A stretch of 64,000 bases of DNA. Origin: Spirochaetia bacterium. Lineage in GTDB: Bacteria > Spirochaetota > Spirochaetia > UBA9216. Below, in pieces: positions 47,383-56,462 of the stretch (position 1 is its first letter; every line of letters starts with the position of its first letter). The stretch covers positions 1 through 64,000 of the forward strand of contig OZ223267.1 in the NCBI GenBank assembly GCA_965140585.1, written 5' to 3'. The position numbers and the translations under genes were made by a program. A model generated the notes under the pieces. The model did not search any database and was not told where the DNA came from. It saw nothing but the letters and a program-made list of their open reading frames with translations.

Positions 47383-48282
47383 ATGAAGAAATCCATTACT
47401 TTATTATTAATAGTTATTTTGTCTGTAACTGCCTTGATGGCAGAAGATGTCTATGTTGATTATGTAGACGGTTATCTTGAACTTAAAGACGGCAGCAGCT
47501 GGATGGAATTATGGATAGGTGATGAGATAGGCGATAGCGATATCCTTAAACTAGGTCGGGGCTCATACGCTGAATTGTCCTACGGTTCAGACAGGATTAA
47601 GCTTTCACGGCCTGGTGTTTATGAACTAAGCTCTCTGCTTGGTGCAAGGAAAAATATGAACAGCAGCGGTGTAGGCGCCCTTTTAGCTGGAAAATTCAAA
47701 ACTCTGCTTATAGATGATTCAACCAAAACAGAAGCCGCAGTCGGTGGTGTCAGGGCGGCGGAAGCAGAGACTGTTTCTGTTGACTGGATGACAAGCGAGA
47801 CAGCAGAAATTATCAGGCAAGGAAGAAATTCTCTGCAGCTTGGCGTTGTCGATAAGGCTCTGGATCTGTTTAATGAAGCGCTTGATCTATCAGCTGACGA
47901 ATATGAAGAGTCTGAAGCCTATTATTATATTGGACTTGCACATGCAATGTCTGGAAACTATGGGGCTGCTCTTGAGAATCTTGATTTTGCAGATTTCGAT
48001 ACTGATTCTGAATATTATAGTGAACTGTATATTCTTAAAGGTCAGCTTCTCGTTGAAAGCTCAGCCTATGAAGAAGCAGTTAAATGGCTTAACAGTTTTA
48101 AGTTTTCCAATGCCAGGGCTGCTACTACAGATGATAAACAGCAGCTTTATCTGATGCTGGCAGTTGCTCAGAGCAATTCCGGGATGAAGGCGGATGCACT
48201 AAAAACCCTTGATAAGCTTATTTCACTCGATAGAAATTCAGAGGCAGCCAGGGCTGCTGTAGATTTTAAAAACAGTCTGTAA
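47383..48282 (+). CDS. Exported protein: FecR-like N-terminal beta domain + TPR repeats
   Basis: Signal peptide; VDYVDG..WMELWIGDEI..GRGSYAEL..AVGGVRA; TPR AYYYIGLAHAMSGNYGAA. Confidence 0.65.
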   Translation: MKKSITLLLIVILSVTALMAEDVYVDYVDGYLELKDGSSWMELWIGDEIGDSDILKLGRGSYAELSYGSDRIKLSRPGVYELSSLLGARKNMNSSGVGALLAGKFKTLLIDDSTKTEAAVGGVRAAEAETVSVDWMTSETAEIIRQGRNSLQLGVVDKALDLFNEALDLSADEYEESEAYYYIGLAHAMSGNYGAALENLDFADFDTDSEYYSELYILKGQLLVESSAYEEAVKWLNSFKFSNARAATTDDKQQLYLMLAVAQSNSGMKADALKTLDKLISLDRNSEAARAAVDFKNSL

Positions 48283-48305
48283 CGGATATACAGTTGTTAA
48301 TACAG

Positions 48306-48337
48306 AAAGCTGCTGAGTTAAATCAGCGGCTTTTTTT
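48306..48337. terminator. Terminator between convergent genes, possibly bidirectional
   Basis: AAAGCTGCTGA-N6-TCAGCGGCTTTTTTT. Confidence 0.7.
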
Positions 48338-51300
48338 CTGCATCCATGATGGAATAAATATTTTTACATAGTTAATTCCGGTAATGTCTGCGATAAGAGC
48401 GAAGTCTCCATATACTTCAATATCAGCTGCATAAACTGTATCGCAGACACTTAGTATAACAGGCGTTGCCGGATTGCTTGTATCGTAAACGCTAAGTCCT
48501 TTATATCCCTCAGCAATGTATAATGTCTCGTTGCTTACAAATATATCTTCAGCATAATTTGTTTTAATAAACCCTACCTCTTCAGGTTTCTGTTCAATTT
48601 CAATGTCGAAAATATGAATGCCGGATTTATCACCAGTATACAGGGTATTTCCGGATATTGAGACGAACTTCGGAGAATTAAGTTCTTTTGCTGTATATAG
48701 ACCGATATTCTCAAAGTCAGTGACATCGTATACTAATAATCCGTCTCTTCGGTCCGCAATATATGCAGTTGTGGTTTGAGGAGTTTTTCTGATTACTGTG
48801 CAGTCTCTGGCATCAGTTGTGGAAATGTGTCCAATGAGCTCCTCGCCTGTAAAGAAATATACTCCTGCAGTCCCGCAGGATGCGATAGCGGTATTTTGTG
48901 AAGCGGATAATTTCAAAATCGGTGAAGTAGGGGAGACGCTTAACGGCATAGTATTAATTGTATTGTTAAGAGACAGATTGGATCCGTCTGTTTTTAATAC
49001 TGCCAATTCTTCAATTCCGGAACTGAAATATATACTGTTATCCAAAATAACTGCAGGCCCTCCGTAATCAGCTATCTTAATTGATTGGTGCTCCTGTACG
49101 GATGGAGAAGATATATCAAGTAGATACAGTCCACCATCTTTTGCTGAAACAAGTGCATTAGTTCTGCTGAGATGAATTGAACTTACTTTTCCTGGAAAGG
49201 AATCTTTTCCGGTTGAAAAGGATACTCCCTTCAGATAGGTCTGTATGGCTGTTAGACCGTTACTGCCGGCAACTACAAGATTGTCTCCGGCCGGTTTTAA
49301 ATCTACAGCAGGTTCTGAAGTATATGAATCAAAAATTACAGGTTTAACCGGGTTTGAAACATTAATTATTTTAAGACCTGAATTGCCGTCGGCTATATAT
49401 GCAAAGTTATCTTTTACACTTACAGCTAAAGGTGAATTGAGTTTAAATGATGATAGTCTGAAAGGATTTGTAATATCTGTGATATCGGTAATGATAAACC
49501 CCTCATCCGATGAAACTGTGTACAGTCTGGTATCTATGATCTCAAGGTCTCGGATGCCGCCTATAGGATATGTTTTGATATTTTGAAGATTTCTGCTATC
49601 GGAGCGGTCAAAAACGTTCAGAGCGTTTGTATCAGCAGAAAAAAGTTGGTTTCCGGACATGTACAGAGCGTATGAGCCTGAGTCACTCAGACTGGCTATG
49701 CGGTCTGGGAAGCGGGCGTCTGATACATCCATAATTTTTAGTCCGCTGTCGCCATCAGCAACATAGAGAGTATTACGATCGACAGCCAGATCAAGAGCGT
49801 TCCCTGTCAGTTTTGTTCCGGCCAGAAAGGGAGATACCGGATCTAATATATTAACAACAGCAATTCCATTTTCACGGCAGGCTACATATACATAATCTCC
49901 AGAGACTATGAGATTTTCTGCAGATTTTAGTTCAAGACTGCCGGTTACCGACATATTACTAACATCTGATATATCAACAATTCTTAAACCGCTGTCACCG
50001 GCTGCAACATAAGCATAGTTTCCTGAAATGCTTATGCTGTTTGGCTTGAAACTGGTAAGAGTATCGAGTGATTTTACTCTTTCCTCAGGAGCTTTAAGAA
50101 TTGTTGCAGAACTGCTTTTACTGCCTGGTTCAGGGTATCCAGAGGGGCTTATACGGTAAAAATATTCTATCCCAAAGTTTACATTTCTATCTGTATATTT
50201 CAGATCATTTATAACCTGTGAGATAAGAACATAATCACCATCGGTAGATTCAGATCGATAAACATCGAATGAGTCAGATCCCGGAATTGAATTCCATGAA
50301 AGGGATATCTGTCTGAATTCACCGGAGGCGTTCAGTTTTATGGTATTGGCCTCAATAGGTAGAATTTCAGCAATATCAGATTTCAGATTTCCATAAGGTG
50401 TGTCGGCGGTGACTTTTGCCCTGTAGAGCAGACCAGGCTGAATGCCGGATAGTACAATTTGGGCATCTGAAGATGTTAGTTTAACGGAACCTGGGTTGTC
50501 GGGATCACTGCGGTCATCTGAAAGGTAGAAAGTATATGAGGTGGCTTCATTAATTGAATCCCAACTTGCAGTTATTCTGTTGCCTGAATACTTAAGTGAA
50601 AGACCTCCTATGCCTGTATCTCCTCTTTCTATATTGATAATCTTACTAGTTGAATTTCCATTCATGGATTCAGTATCAAGTTTAAGCTGGTACTTACCAT
50701 TAAGGCTGTACGCAGGAATATATCCGGCGAAAGTCCCGTTATCATTGATCTGCAAAGTTCCGGTAATCGCCTGTTCGGAATAGTTCTCTATTGAAGTAAG
50801 TTCATAATTCAGAAATTGTATACCTTCAAGTGATGTTCCGATGTAAGGGTCCTTGACTGTTCCGGCTATGTTTATTGCGGCGCCGAATTTGGTATTATCT
50901 GAAGGTGATGATATATTGATGTCGGGAGGGATATTTCCGTCTGATAGAATAAAGATTTTTCTGCCTGTATTTCCATTAAAGTCTTCTCCGAAAATTTCAA
51001 GCGGCAGTAATCCATTGTATTTTCTAATAGGTATTTCAAATTCAAATCCGCCGTTCTCGTCGAAAAAAACAGAGCCGGTCATTCCGGTATTACCGGGAAT
51101 ATTCCAGTTTAATGCTTTTACCGATTCTATTCCGCTGATTGAGTTCTGCGGAGCGGACAGAATACCTTTGACATGTATACCGGATTTATAAAATCCACCC
51201 TGTACAGGCTGCTGAATATTGATAAGAGGACCGGACAGGCTGTTGTATATTTTCAGGAAACGTTCTGAAATCTCAGTTCCTGATTCGGCACTAAGCTTAA

Positions 51301-52687
51301 TAAGGGCTGTATCACCAAGGCCGCTGGTTCTTACATCAAAAGAGTAAAGTCCGGATACGACATCAGCTGTTCCGGAAAGACCTGTGCCTACTATATTCCA
51401 GCTTATTTTTTGAACCTTTTCAGTCTTGCCTGAAACCGAAATAGAATCGGTGAAGGTGGTTCCGTTTCCGGGACTTGTTATATCAAAGAGGATGCTGTTT
51501 TTTGATGTGTATAAAGTTAGATAATCACTGCTGATATTATTATTAAAATCTTCTGCTGTGAACTGAAGCAATACTGAAGGGGACAATGAGAAATTGCCTG
51601 ATAAACGGTTAAGCGGAAAATTAAAAAAACCTTCATCAGTAAAGTCGATGGTAAATATTTCAGATGTGTTGAGACAGGTCATTTTAAAAGTTTTAACTTC
51701 ATTAAAAGATGAAGATTCGGCAGAATCCTTTATTCTTCCGCTGATTATGACGTCCCTGCTGAATTCAGTCTGGTCCGGGGTTAAAAATTCTATATAGGGA
51801 CCTCTGTTGTCATCTACCAGTACAAGAAGATCTTCAGCCAGTATTTTATCATCTATGTAAGCTGCTACCCTGCAAACTTGTGTTCCTTCAATATTTGTAA
51901 GATCAATAACAGCTTTAAAACTATCCTGCCCGGTTCTCTCAAGTTCTCCTGCTAATTCAGTTTCAGGAATATTCCAGTTTAACTCTGCACCTGAAGGTAT
52001 GCCTGAGAGACTTCCTGTAATATTTAGTTCAGAGCGGTAATAAAAGGGTGTCGCAGGTGTTGTTATGCTTATGTCGGCTGTTTTACCAAGTATAACCGCT
52101 TTGTCTACAGCAGGTTCTTCAGTGGGTATCAACTCAGGCCGGTTCACAGCCTCAGCGCTCTGTAAGTCAGGAGGGGGGGGAGCAGGGAGGGGCGGTTCAA
52201 CCGCTTCTTCAGCTATATTTGAAACCGACAGCTTTGGAAGCTCCTCAGTTATCTGAATCTCAGCTTCTTTTTTGTCAGGTACAGGCTCAGTCTGTTCAAT
52301 TTGAGCAGGTGACTCAGCTTCCGGTTCGATTTCAACAGGAACAGGCTTGTCGGTTTCAATTGATACCGGCGGAATTATCGGATCCTGTTCCTCGGTTACG
52401 GTGTCAGGGTTTACAGGATTACTTTCAATAACTTTTTCAGCTGTTTCCTTTTCTGGAAGAGATAACGCAAGTGATTCAGGTTCTGCTTTCGGAGCTGCTG
52501 TATCAGTTGAGCTGTCCTGAATCTCGGGCTGCCTTTGTGGCTCAGAATGCTGTATGCCGGTAACAGTTTTCTGTACTGCGGTATCTTGGGTCTTCTTAGT
52601 ACAGCCTGCAAAATTAAATATCAGAAATCCTGTCAGGAGAAGGATGAGGATTTTTTTTAATTTCCACTTTTTTACCTTATGCTTCAT
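48323..52687 (-). CDS. Large surface lipoprotein: P/E-rich stalk, Ig-like repeats, FN3, LVIVD beta-propeller repeats
   Basis: Lipobox FAGC; repeats P.I.I.SP..G..D; FN3 ISLSWNS..FDVYRS; many YAYVA.G.SGL.IVDIS repeats. Confidence 0.85.
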   Translation of the reverse strand: MKHKVKKWKLKKILILLLTGFLIFNFAGCTKKTQDTAVQKTVTGIQHSEPQRQPEIQDSSTDTAAPKAEPESLALSLPEKETAEKVIESNPVNPDTVTEEQDPIIPPVSIETDKPVPVEIEPEAESPAQIEQTEPVPDKKEAEIQITEELPKLSVSNIAEEAVEPPLPAPPPPDLQSAEAVNRPELIPTEEPAVDKAVILGKTADISITTPATPFYYRSELNITGSLSGIPSGAELNWNIPETELAGELERTGQDSFKAVIDLTNIEGTQVCRVAAYIDDKILAEDLLVLVDDNRGPYIEFLTPDQTEFSRDVIISGRIKDSAESSSFNEVKTFKMTCLNTSEIFTIDFTDEGFFNFPLNRLSGNFSLSPSVLLQFTAEDFNNNISSDYLTLYTSKNSILFDITSPGNGTTFTDSISVSGKTEKVQKISWNIVGTGLSGTADVVSGLYSFDVRTSGLGDTALIKLSAESGTEISERFLKIYNSLSGPLINIQQPVQGGFYKSGIHVKGILSAPQNSISGIESVKALNWNIPGNTGMTGSVFFDENGGFEFEIPIRKYNGLLPLEIFGEDFNGNTGRKIFILSDGNIPPDINISSPSDNTKFGAAINIAGTVKDPYIGTSLEGIQFLNYELTSIENYSEQAITGTLQINDNGTFAGYIPAYSLNGKYQLKLDTESMNGNSTSKIINIERGDTGIGGLSLKYSGNRITASWDSINEATSYTFYLSDDRSDPDNPGSVKLTSSDAQIVLSGIQPGLLYRAKVTADTPYGNLKSDIAEILPIEANTIKLNASGEFRQISLSWNSIPGSDSFDVYRSESTDGDYVLISQVINDLKYTDRNVNFGIEYFYRISPSGYPEPGSKSSSATILKAPEERVKSLDTLTSFKPNSISISGNYAYVAAGDSGLRIVDISDVSNMSVTGSLELKSAENLIVSGDYVYVACRENGIAVVNILDPVSPFLAGTKLTGNALDLAVDRNTLYVADGDSGLKIMDVSDARFPDRIASLSDSGSYALYMSGNQLFSADTNALNVFDRSDSRNLQNIKTYPIGGIRDLEIIDTRLYTVSSDEGFIITDITDITNPFRLSSFKLNSPLAVSVKDNFAYIADGNSGLKIINVSNPVKPVIFDSYTSEPAVDLKPAGDNLVVAGSNGLTAIQTYLKGVSFSTGKDSFPGKVSSIHLSRTNALVSAKDGGLYLLDISSPSVQEHQSIKIADYGGPAVILDNSIYFSSGIEELAVLKTDGSNLSLNNTINTMPLSVSPTSPILKLSASQNTAIASCGTAGVYFFTGEELIGHISTTDARDCTVIRKTPQTTTAYIADRRDGLLVYDVTDFENIGLYTAKELNSPKFVSISGNTLYTGDKSGIHIFDIEIEQKPEEVGFIKTNYAEDIFVSNETLYIAEGYKGLSVYDTSNPATPVILSVCDTVYAADIEVYGDFALIADITGINYVKIFIPSWMQKKSR

Positions 52688-52702
52688 TAAATATTATCCA
52701 TA

Positions 52703-55700
52703 TCAGGGAATCGTCCAGATAAGTGTGAATGATTCGGTTGTACTGTTACTGTGAATATCATCTGCAGTAAAATAGACTGTATATGTACCTGAAGTTGTCA
52801 ATTCAATATCATCGGAAGCCCCGGTAGCTGCATTAACAAGCGTCAGTGTTGTTCCGGAAAGTGTTCCCATAAGATTCGGGGTTGCCGCTGTATCATAAAC
52901 ATTCCACTCATAACTCGAAGTATCAACACCGGAAATTGTGTCGGTTACCTCATTGGTTATGGTGTAAATATAGGTTGCAGAGCCTCCGGTAGGTGGACAG
53001 GAAGTCAGGTCTATAACGGGGTTAGTGTTATCATAGTCATAATAAACGTTAAAAAGCTCTTCGGCAGGATTTCCTGCGGCGTCAGTAACAGTAAGGGTTA
53101 CACTGTAAATACCTGCACCGTCAGTGAGATCTGCTACATGAAGGCTAAAAGTTGCATCTGTATCGTATGCGGCATCCGAATAAGCTGTAGGCCCTGTGAT
53201 GCTCCAGTTATAAGTCAGTGAGTCTGATCCGTTTGTTTCATCAGAAGCAGATGAATCAAGATTATTGTTGCCTGTAATATAGTAATCGTCAATTGCAGTA
53301 ATTGTAGGTGCATTAGGATCCCATTTGAATGTGTCAGATACGATTTTTGGATTCCCTGCATCATCGGTTACGGTTAATTCAGCGGTATAGGTCCCTGAGT
53401 TAGGCAGTACTGTGGCTGAAATATATAGATCTTCAGACTGCAGAAGGCTTGCCGCTCCGGTAAAACTTCCGGGGCCTGTCAGGTTCCAGGAGTAGGTTAG
53501 GCTGGAATCAAGGCTGTCTGATGCAGTCGCATCTATGGTAAAATCTGTATTGTACCAGGCGGTTCCTAATTCCGTAATACTGGCTGTTGGTAAACTTGTA
53601 TCTATATCAAAGTCAAAGCTTGAAGAACCGGAGTTGCCAAGCTGATCCTCAACGGTGGCGGTTACTGTGTAGCTGCCGTCAGTTGAGAAATTCGTATCAT
53701 TAAGAGTTATCGTTGTCCCGGTAGTCGTATAAACTTCAGTACTGGTGCCGGATGCTACAACTGACCATGTGTAAGTGCCTGTATTAACACCTGAGCCGGC
53801 GTCAGTTCCTGTTGCTGTAACGGTAACATCACTGCTTACCGCATTTATCCAGCCGGAAGGCTCGCCTGAGAATGATACAGTCGGATCTGCTGTATCCCAT
53901 ACAAAGTTAAAACTTGGGTTCTCTGAATTACCGGCTCCGTCTGTAACTGTCATTGTTGCTGTATAAGTGTTGTCGGAGGCTCCTGTTATATTTACATTCA
54001 GCGCTGTGTCGTCTGCCATAGTGGCACCGGAAGGAGTAATAGCCCACAAAACGGTATATCCATTATCATCTGCGGCAGTTGCCGTTGTCTGGGTGAAAGC
54101 CGCCTCCTTTGACGAGGAGCCTGAGTAGCTGCTACCTGCATTGTAGGAGTCAACGACGGTATCCTTTTCGAGGGTGGCAACCTCGCTGTCAGGTCCAAAG
54201 TTTCCTGCCGAGTCTGATATTTTTGCAACAAAGCTCCGATCTCCATCTGCACCGGCCAAAGGTATTGCAGCAGAAAAGGTAAGCGGAGTGGGATTAACAC
54301 TGCTGTTATATGTTGTCTGTACCAGCTGAGTTCCTGTATCAGAATCTGAACCAAGATACAGTCTTATCACATCACCATCAATAGCACCGCTGGTTGATGC
54401 ATCAACAGTCATTGTAACAGAACCCGACATATCGGAAGCATTGATGTATATTGGATAGCTGCCGGTTTTTACCGGTGCAGCAGGTGTTCCTGTAGGAGCG
54501 GAGTTATCATAGTAAAGATTCGTTGTTATTATATCTGAGCTTGAGGGGTTTCCGGCTGCATCTGTTAATTCAATCTCAATAGTAAGCTGGCTTTGATCTG
54601 TGAGATCGTCATCCTGCATTACATAATCTGCTTCCCACCTGCTGTTAGATTCAGAGTAAACAATATCTGAGGATGGTATTTCAAAACTTCCGCCGGTTGA
54701 GCCTGAAACTGTAATAACTGGTTTACCATTAAGAACACGGTCGACAGTGAAGTAGATTTTAAGAGTATCGTATTCAGGTGATCCTGTAGCTCTGAGCCAT
54801 GTTGAAGCTCCGGATACATCATTCGATGAAGAAGGAGTTGAAGCTTGAAGTGTATAGATATCTGAGGCAGTGAAGGGGCTGTAGAAATACAGTCCGCTGT
54901 CGGTTTCAGTTTTTGTATTTCCGGCATTATCCGAGATTGTAATCTCATAATCAATGGAATTGCCTGCATCAGCAGAAGCCGGGACGGTGTCGAAATCAAA
55001 TGTAGCTGTATAAGTTGATCCGGATGCATTAAGAGTTTTGGGATACTGGTTGTAAATTTTTAGATTTTCAATTTGATTGAATCCTGAATTATCATCATTA
55101 ACTGTGAAGACCAACGTTGCTGTGTCATTGGGATTGAGATAATTTCCATTAGAGCCGGTGAAGCCGGTAACTGAAACAGTCGGTTCCACGCTGTCGTTTA
55201 TCAGTGTGACATATTTTGTATTTATGGTATCACCTTGATCATCTGTAATAAGCAGTGTCGCATTTAAATTTACGTTAAACGCGGTCATTGAGGTGGTATT
55301 CAGAGTGAATGTAAAATTATCATCACCATCCAGGGCAAAGTCGGTAATTGTATAATCCGATGGCGGGGTCACCCCGACTACTTTGGATGAAAATGTAAGT
55401 ACAGCCGATGAAATTTCGGTATCTACAACGTCTCCGTCATTAGGATCAAGAAGTGAACCAGTGAAAGGTATATCTATTACATTATCAGAATAATACGGGC
55501 TGACACTATCGAATGAAAGTAGCATGAGATTTGACGGCGGAGTAAGGAGCTGCTGCTCTTCCGTAATATGTCCGTACTTATCTTCCGCAGTGACCTTAAA
55601 GTATGCACCATCCCCTATATCGATCGATGTAACGGTACTGAACTGACGTAACTCCGGATCAAAAAAGAAGCTCTCTGCCGGATCAAGTTTATTGGGGTGC

Positions 55701-56443
55701 GAATAAACTCCCTGGTCTGCATCCCAATCCTCAGTTGTTTCTCTCAGGTCCAGTGTTCCGCTTAAGCTTGTACCAACAACGCTCCAGGTCAGCTCAACTA
55801 TTTCATCAGCAGAATCGGTATCTTCTTCTGAATCTGAATCCGAAACCCAACCGGCTATGTAAACTTCATTACCGGATAATGAATAAAGTTTTGAAGCTGA
55901 AGAATAATCATCATGTGATTCAGCATAAAATCCGAAGTTAATGACCGGTCCGTCATTTTCAACAAGTGAAAGTTCCGATTTTATTGAATTACCATTTTTA
56001 TCTTCTGCTGTGATTGTAAGTGTGATTCTGTCACGTAAATACGGATCTGTAGTAGGAAACTCAAAGGAGAACTCTTTTGAGCTGAGATCATATGCAATAT
56101 TAATATCCCCGAAGGTTGTGTCTGCTGTAAATGAATCATCGGCATTGAAATTTATTTTACCCCGCCTAGTCTCATCATTTGCGATAGTGAAATATATGCT
56201 TGATAAACTTCCTGCTTCATCTCCCTCATCCATGACGTCATCATAAATTATTCCCCTGACTGTAACGGTAGAATAGAAGTAATCGCCACCTAAAGGAGAT
56301 TCTATGACGATTTTAGGTTCCATGGTGTCTTCTGCAAGAGCAACCTTTATAGGGGTTATGTCCTGTGGGCAGGAGGTTAAAAGCAATACAGCAGCTGATG
56401 CTGTTGTGAATAATATTTTTTTCAACGTGGTTCTTTGTTTCAT
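52703..56443 (-). CDS. Large acidic surface lipoprotein with tandem Ig/PKD-like repeats (adhesin-like)
   Basis: Lipobox LTSC; repeated Y(T/S)W and TVTDxAGN motifs; S/T/D-rich. ATG 56443 follows AGGT. Confidence 0.85.
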   Translation of the reverse strand: MKQRTTLKKILFTTASAAVLLLTSCPQDITPIKVALAEDTMEPKIVIESPLGGDYFYSTVTVRGIIYDDVMDEGDEAGSLSSIYFTIANDETRRGKINFNADDSFTADTTFGDINIAYDLSSKEFSFEFPTTDPYLRDRITLTITAEDKNGNSIKSELSLVENDGPVINFGFYAESHDDYSSASKLYSLSGNEVYIAGWVSDSDSEEDTDSADEIVELTWSVVGTSLSGTLDLRETTEDWDADQGVYSHPNKLDPAESFFFDPELRQFSTVTSIDIGDGAYFKVTAEDKYGHITEEQQLLTPPSNLMLLSFDSVSPYYSDNVIDIPFTGSLLDPNDGDVVDTEISSAVLTFSSKVVGVTPPSDYTITDFALDGDDNFTFTLNTTSMTAFNVNLNATLLITDDQGDTINTKYVTLINDSVEPTVSVTGFTGSNGNYLNPNDTATLVFTVNDDNSGFNQIENLKIYNQYPKTLNASGSTYTATFDFDTVPASADAGNSIDYEITISDNAGNTKTETDSGLYFYSPFTASDIYTLQASTPSSSNDVSGASTWLRATGSPEYDTLKIYFTVDRVLNGKPVITVSGSTGGSFEIPSSDIVYSESNSRWEADYVMQDDDLTDQSQLTIEIELTDAAGNPSSSDIITTNLYYDNSAPTGTPAAPVKTGSYPIYINASDMSGSVTMTVDASTSGAIDGDVIRLYLGSDSDTGTQLVQTTYNSSVNPTPLTFSAAIPLAGADGDRSFVAKISDSAGNFGPDSEVATLEKDTVVDSYNAGSSYSGSSSKEAAFTQTTATAADDNGYTVLWAITPSGATMADDTALNVNITGASDNTYTATMTVTDGAGNSENPSFNFVWDTADPTVSFSGEPSGWINAVSSDVTVTATGTDAGSGVNTGTYTWSVVASGTSTEVYTTTGTTITLNDTNFSTDGSYTVTATVEDQLGNSGSSSFDFDIDTSLPTASITELGTAWYNTDFTIDATASDSLDSSLTYSWNLTGPGSFTGAASLLQSEDLYISATVLPNSGTYTAELTVTDDAGNPKIVSDTFKWDPNAPTITAIDDYYITGNNNLDSSASDETNGSDSLTYNWSITGPTAYSDAAYDTDATFSLHVADLTDGAGIYSVTLTVTDAAGNPAEELFNVYYDYDNTNPVIDLTSCPPTGGSATYIYTITNEVTDTISGVDTSSYEWNVYDTAATPNLMGTLSGTTLTLVNAATGASDDIELTTSGTYTVYFTADDIHSNSTTESFTLIWTIP

Positions 56444-56462
56444 ATCAGTAACCTGTAAATTC

